A DNA stretch of 64,000 nt from an uncultured Candidatus Poseidoniales archaeon (GTDB taxonomy: Archaea > Thermoplasmatota > Poseidoniia > Poseidoniales > Poseidoniaceae), in assembly GCA_964014545.1 (NCBI GenBank), contig CAXGZX010000001.1, positions 9,279 through 73,278 of the forward strand, given 5' to 3'. The notes under the pieces are model-generated. The model was not told the DNA's origin. It saw only the letters and a list, made by a program, of their open reading frames with translations, and ran no database searches. The position numbers and the translations under genes were made by a program. Shown one piece after another: positions 61,501 through 64,000 of the stretch (positions are counted from its first letter, which is position 1; every line of letters starts with the position of its first letter).

Positions 61501-62371
61501 CGTTGTCATCATGACCGGGATTGGTGACTTGTCCGGTAGCATAGTCTAATCCTGCAGATCTAAGCAGCCACATGTCGCTGTCGAAACAGGTTCCGCCGCC
61601 ACCAAGTCCACCGCCAACTTGTGATTCGCCCCAATCTCCGGCAGTAAATGCGCGGTAGGTGTTTTGTTGAGCAGGCCCTAAGTTAGTGATGATACCTTGT
61701 GTGTTTGAGGTAATTGGGCCAAGATAGGTTACGACTCTTTGGGTAGTAATATCTGCTTGTAGGTCTAATACCATAACGTCATCATTACCGTCGTCGTTGA
61801 GATCAGCAACTTCTAGGTCCCAAGCCCAAAAGTGAGTAAATCTTGCCCCAATTGACCAAGTCTTCTCATTGCATCCGCCGTTTTCAATAATAGTTACGTT
61901 ACCTGGTTCACCAGCTGGCGAGCCATCCTCATTAGTTTTGAACGGATTGTTTCTTTGGAAGATAACTATGTCATCAACACCGTCGTTGGTAAAGTCACCA
62001 ACTTCGATAAATTGTACATTGGAAAATTCATCCCAATCTGCATTACGGTCTTGATTAGCAGTAACCCAAATATCTTGTCGTTCGGAAAAATCACCGTTAC
62101 CATCATTCCACAAAACAGTAATCGTATGAGTACCATCTGTGGCAATCGCAATATCGTTGTGAGAGTCACAATTGAAATCGCCAATAGCAACATCGTGTGG
62201 GTCACGATTTGTGGTATACGTTCTTGCTTGGGATGCACTTGCTGTGGTTGCTAAAGCGGCAGTTGTTGATAATACCATAAGTAAACAAAGCATAATACTT
62301 CTTGCGCGGGCCTTGAAGAGATTGTCTTGGGAAAACATCGTCATCACTTGTTGAGCCATATTAACTACCAC
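55544..62371 (-). CDS. Giant (2275 aa) cell-surface protein. It has a signal peptide, N-terminal FG-GAP/integrin-alpha-like repeats, a very long beta-rich ectodomain, a single C-terminal TM helix and a ~120-aa cytoplasmic tail with a tandem Q/A/Y-rich repeat.
   Basis: FG-GAP-like Ca-binding loops DFNCDSHNDIAIA, DFTNDGVDDIVI, DLNDDGNDDVMV, DLDGDGTADVLA and DLNGDQQPDFIN. TM helice IMLIGVGAVILVLIVVLTLLFL. Tail repeats IAQGYPEDTARSYAAQYAAQ and ITQGYDEQTAAAYAQQYAAAY. Confidence 0.8.
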   Translation of the reverse strand: MVVNMAQQVMTMFSQDNLFKARARSIMLCLLMVLSTTAALATTASASQARTYTTNRDPHDVAIGDFNCDSHNDIAIATDGTHTITVLWNDGNGDFSERQDIWVTANQDRNADWDEFSNVQFIEVGDFTNDGVDDIVIFQRNNPFKTNEDGSPAGEPGNVTIIENGGCNEKTWSIGARFTHFWAWDLEVADLNDDGNDDVMVLDLQADITTQRVVTYLGPITSNTQGIITNLGPAQQNTYRAFTAGDWGESQVGGGLGGGGTCFDSDMWLLRSAGLDYATGQVTNPGHDDNVSIVEFNCQTNTFPLTYTFSTTPGVGEHVINMQTETSSDLAVADLDGDGTADVLALNDADIENVTYVTSSTSGTWTSPQKAYFGPYISWTLTVADLNGDQQPDFINPTLAYQQNSTDSAGGTSSNFFLNYPTSIQVTLSDGSGGHLSPLSYAAGRRPHTAEVGQLAGGANSAPDIVVAHKNWRFGGWRDNFGWDGQYDTISVIEMDSQDLSVSGIEISPVDRSFGVVGEGLRDINVTVTNTGMNVLNGQSATLDVELKVVDELNSTNQTVYANDWDTPENVGACGSGCTWDYIDYVDGNHHWNEQTTPSSGSGTDPDESQADYSANYLNPSHFMWSGETKTNSTGGEWTGYGANWDEAMVLRDVDLTGSDRAFMSVELFQDLGFGALGSADTNGFVVGDVWDDLAMIEVGSEETGWSTISCPVTAYIEGACWSRTSMWGGFDLDRVFKENAYGGYAEGLYYYGIYSFNTFYGWNNFTDDGLGTFDLSPWAGETVDLRFRFRTGFEGSISDDNESTWTGNDGFGVDNLTIFKQNTAFFPNVQNQQTQIQLNNLGPGQEYVANLQANFLNDTTYRISAVLSNNGWDEQVLNDEIVGYVTPFNLYDPALESIDYFEPGQLYAQGTYPISATTNNYGNTIVDFDVTATVFTADPDTVQCGNPGSDCIITFDNSTDGTRYTQSNNPKGTTYNDTLDCPSDLVFNSNSYWFGHPCQTATLGYGDAWENETMTITDIDLEDLESDFVSLSFEYYADTFFEVDSQGNIEPSDYMAVTVDFTKDSTDNTAIVYGQWNDYNEDGTCQIDEDGNGIVNETNPIDFEEIEYIGDPRTTDGLSGNWNVFFNSDRLVKTTTLDLTHLYVLNTTSPDSGEWDTQCISLADSTVDLNFDFFSDDDGRNGINDGFKGVGINNITLKEFTFVEDNSYSISRTSVDAEDSSTDLIAEHDFVSGVYMIEVETIFDNTTVGTNWYGNDELSTANNIKRVIFDVKSVDIVLSQPKRLACLDEVRQNCVLPIDSSLTHNWEMTATNGVLEGDYVFYMEVFDETTGSLAHSVSAGPAQSLLNGERIALSFTPWAGYQDGHTYNISYRAQLDDGTPSGDPVYFHATFADEVDIAILSDKTSGTSRIIEDIAANGMSYTQFAMNDWDDYFKTNWFTNFDKIILPWQDFNTAKDDGKAYYKTISDTVSNVDRKQVLVNFMSSGGTIQAHLAPHGAQTYGLQTNVEPRLPLGLVIDDKTNGAEITYADMEVYDEFHPIMNNIDEDNFEVFTPVANSALDIGSEATSDVPKICSGNQNVASFQPIIRDSTSIEDVLLGICSYGQGGMIISTIDLEAKSGNASSSDFALLSNVLAYQVNDYPNPFGEMRDGTDILIDGVVPDPALGAGYATVYMKSNAQLTFSYQSDAQVSLQTDWLISGPTSWDLGTMAPGQIDHYTSPLFETESSPVMDFCKSIGTQGECKQGEQWTITLWLHDDNGHSRMLSVTVETNDANADAFNPIADAYVVMKDSYADNIEYVGTCSSLDNYPKYEITLDESGQLPIDFNAFNSTDPDALEGNGIERYEWEVLFDKPWDQAINVNANTYIQYESSLGVWQYTFGGYGVDENGESYAGRNLTYNPNTESPIQPIKIKLTVYDKSGKWDDDMEFCFDVKPQGFGDEPPVIEFTNWDDQQGYTNSFYNLSGFVVSGSDESDTYVEITWNESLLDETDARVLETAKGTKELAVLKTPVGTGDSFELSLDIDRFHSNTPVDVIIYIRVFEFDPSKDSEKRWNAEQQLPLNDPDYVQLYNPSTITLSLPICRGVTVPDEVILADPDGQWVFINGACDWDGEYSLENGEWVAPSSNDGGDGAQSDSNIMLIGVGAVILVLIVVLTLLFLRRSGGDGMDGDYKDFSLTGAFQEQDPVEQYVQQLIAQGYPEDTARSYAAQYAAQAGLAGGGAQPQQAAQAATPAATNPAMDAAYQQYYQQFITQGYDEQTAAAYAQQYAAAYIQQQG

Positions 62372-62387
62372 TTTAATTCCTTTGGGC

Positions 62388-62404
62388 TTTTGTCTTTGAC
62401 AAAA
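62388..62404. promoter_or_regulatory. Inverted repeat TTTTGTC-ttt-GACAAAA, 17-33 nt upstream of the giant-protein start codon. It is a candidate operator or promoter element.
   Basis: Seen directly. 7-bp perfect arms in an AT-rich leader. Confidence 0.25.
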
Positions 62405-62462
62405 CGGCGCACATGCTTCGCAGTAAGGCGAAAAGATGTTTACAAACTCTATTTGCTCAAAT

Positions 62463-63137
62463 TCAGACTTTACCTGCTAGCCAGCGGGGAGAGGGCCCCC
62501 AACCAACGGCGTCCCCACCATGCACTTTGACTAGTTTTCCAGCAGTGAATAACGATTCTAACCAAACCTCCAATGCAGTACCTTCACGCTTGCCCAGTTT
62601 GCTACTGGCTATTTCTTCAATATCGGAAGTTTTCAGAGCGGTAAAGCCATAGTCCCTGACTACTATATTCATCAGTTCACGAAGCCAAGCCTCAGCCATT
62701 GGATCGATACTCAAAGTCCCTTGAACAGGTAATGGCTCATCTAATTCAGAAAAAATCTCCATCAACTCTATTGGATCTGGTTTAGTTAAGTCATCAAGCC
62801 CCAGAGCGCGTAACTCTTTACTCAAATCTAATTCACCAATCGGTCTTCTAACTATGGGAATTCTTGACGGGTCTGGCTCTGGACCCATATCTAGGGGTTT
62901 CTCACCCAAGGAGTCATCATCCAGTTCGTTAGCTGAGCCGGATTTATTTTTGTTAGAAACTCCCGAGGTATTTGATGCTTTTACTTCCGAGCCCAACGGC
63001 ATCATCCAGCCAACGCCTTGCAAACCTAATTCGGATACTTTTTTGCGCACCCAATCAGCATCACCACGAAGTAAAACCTCAGCGTCATTTTCGTCGGAAC
63101 GAAAGCGATATTGGACAAATCCTTTCAACTCCGCCAT
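62463..63137 (-). CDS. Hypothetical acidic protein (224 aa).
   Basis: ORF with plausible coding composition. No recognisable motif. Confidence 0.4.
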   Translation of the reverse strand: MAELKGFVQYRFRSDENDAEVLLRGDADWVRKKVSELGLQGVGWMMPLGSEVKASNTSGVSNKNKSGSANELDDDSLGEKPLDMGPEPDPSRIPIVRRPIGELDLSKELRALGLDDLTKPDPIELMEIFSELDEPLPVQGTLSIDPMAEAWLRELMNIVVRDYGFTALKTSDIEEIASSKLGKREGTALEVWLESLFTAGKLVKVHGGDAVGWGPSPRWLAGKV

Positions 63138-63176
63138 GGTTATTCCTCGAACTTTCTTGCCTTCAAATTGGCGATG

Positions 63177-64000
63177 TTATTTTGCTAGTTGCCGCAGAAC
63201 AGTATGCAATATACCACCATTACGATAATAATCAACTTCTACTGGAGTATCAAGCCTTACTTGTGCCTCAAAGGTAAGCGAAGTGCCGTCAAGTCTTGTT
63301 GCTGTTATTGTCAACATTTGCAATGGTTGAACATCATTTGTTACTGGAATATCATACAGTTCAGAACCATCAAGGCCTAAAGTTTCATGGCTTTCGCCTT
63401 CTTTGAATGTTAATGGCAATACACCCATTCCAACCAAATTAGAACGGTGAATTCGTTCAAATGAAGTGGCAATTACTGCTTTAACTCCAAGCAAATAGGT
63501 ACCCTTTGCCGCCCAATCTCTAGATGAACCAGTACCATATTGCGAACCGGCAAGAACTACTTTTGGACCATCATAAGCATTAGCTGCATCAAATACTGAA
63601 ACAATTTCTCCTGATTGTGGGTGTTTGGCAAACCCTCCCTCTGTCCCTGGTGCCATTTGATTACGAATCCTAACATTGGCAAAGGTTCCACGCATCATTA
63701 TTTCGTGATTACCGCGTCGACTACCAAAGGAGTTGAAATCTCCTCGTTCAACCCCCCGCTCAACCAACCACTTTCCCGCAGGGCCACTAGCCGGGAAGGA
63801 GCCTGCTGGAGAGATGTGATCGGTAGTAATTGAATCCCCAAGTTTTAGCAGAACTGCTGCTTGTTCAATCGATTCTATCGGCGATGGTTCGGCAGATAGA
63901 CCGGAAAAGAAGGTTGGCAACCGGATGTAGGTTGAGTCGGCTTCCCATGGATATAATGGAGTATCTTTTGCCGGTATTGAATCCCATCTTGGCTCATTCA
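63177..64000 (-). CDS. acnA: Aconitate hydratase (AcnA-type). Only the C-terminal part lies in the window (swivel domain 4 and the preceding region). The gene continues beyond the window end.
   Basis: [37 protein letters not shown] and [19 protein letters not shown] are aconitase domain-4 signatures. The reading frame stays open upstream of 63920 (..[11 protein letters not shown]..) to position 64000. Confidence 0.85.
   Translation of the reverse strand, partial: NEPRWDSIPAKDTPLYPWEADSTYIRLPTFFSGLSAEPSPIESIEQAAVLLKLGDSITTDHISPAGSFPASGPAGKWLVERGVERGDFNSFGSRRGNHEIMMRGTFANVRIRNQMAPGTEGGFAKHPQSGEIVSVFDAANAYDGPKVVLAGSQYGTGSSRDWAAKGTYLLGVKAVIATSFERIHRSNLVGMGVLPLTFKEGESHETLGLDGSELYDIPVTNDVQPLQMLTITATRLDGTSLTFEAQVRLDTPVEVDYYRNGGILHTVLRQLAK

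Noticed and set aside
1-64000. CRISPR arrays, tRNA/rRNA genes, IS elements and integrases.
   Set aside because: No direct-repeat/spacer periodicity, no cloverleaf-like conserved tRNA segments in the short intergenic regions, and no transposase or integrase motifs were seen. Intergenic space is minimal throughout.

Overview
This 64-kb window is densely coding (about 53 genes, mostly on the minus strand). I found no rRNA, tRNA, CRISPR array or obvious mobile element by eye.

The gene content points to a marine planktonic archaeon resembling Marine Group II / Poseidoniales (inference only). Supporting features are an archaeal CTP-type FAD synthetase (RibL), a Gar1-like protein, an AqpM-like aquaporin, a DtxR-family regulator, a very acidic proteome and many secreted proteins held by a single C-terminal transmembrane anchor. 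Two of these are subtilases and one is a 2275-aa FG-GAP protein. Mixed in are bacterial-type genes: GpsA, an LPLAT acyltransferase, oligoribonuclease and a bacterial-type riboflavin synthase.

Main blocks, in order:
- A MoxR AAA+ ATPase with a Pro/Ala-rich N-terminal extension, plus a two-TM partner protein.
- A three-subunit molybdenum hydroxylase operon in S-L-M order, translationally coupled to a secreted anchored protein. Its maturation genes (XdhC, MocA-like) lie about 9 kb away.
- An LPLAT acyltransferase, two subtilases and a DUF2071-DCC fusion protein.
- A DtxR-regulator/putative metal permease operon with a palindromic operator.
- Oligoribonuclease, an acyl-CoA dehydrogenase, a Ca/Na exchanger, an aquaporin, an IDH-family dehydrogenase and a fused E1 alpha-beta 2-oxoacid dehydrogenase.
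- DedA, a CheY-like receiver with no canonical start codon, MoeB-rhodanese, TrxB and a riboflavin/FAD cluster (ribB-ribL-ribE-ribH).
- An EndoIV-like protein with a histone-H1-like lysine-rich tail, GpsA, a PhnD-like binding protein and a GSDH-like beta-propeller.
- A long minus-strand locus that looks like an iron/heme acquisition island: PhnCE, a HugZ-like PNPOx protein, flavodoxin, a FecBCD-type ABC transporter, a 772-aa surface protein, an acidic lipoprotein and a membrane protein. It is punctuated by a DtxR-box-like 21-bp palindrome.
- An ABC-2 exporter, a 657-aa surface protein and a Gar1-like protein carrying RD/RG repeats and two canonical RanBP2-type zinc fingers (the most eukaryote-like and unexpected item in the window), followed by a TPR membrane protein.
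- AhcY, the giant FG-GAP surface protein with a repeat-containing cytoplasmic tail, and a partial aconitase.

All product calls come from remembered motifs and domain architecture. No database search was possible.
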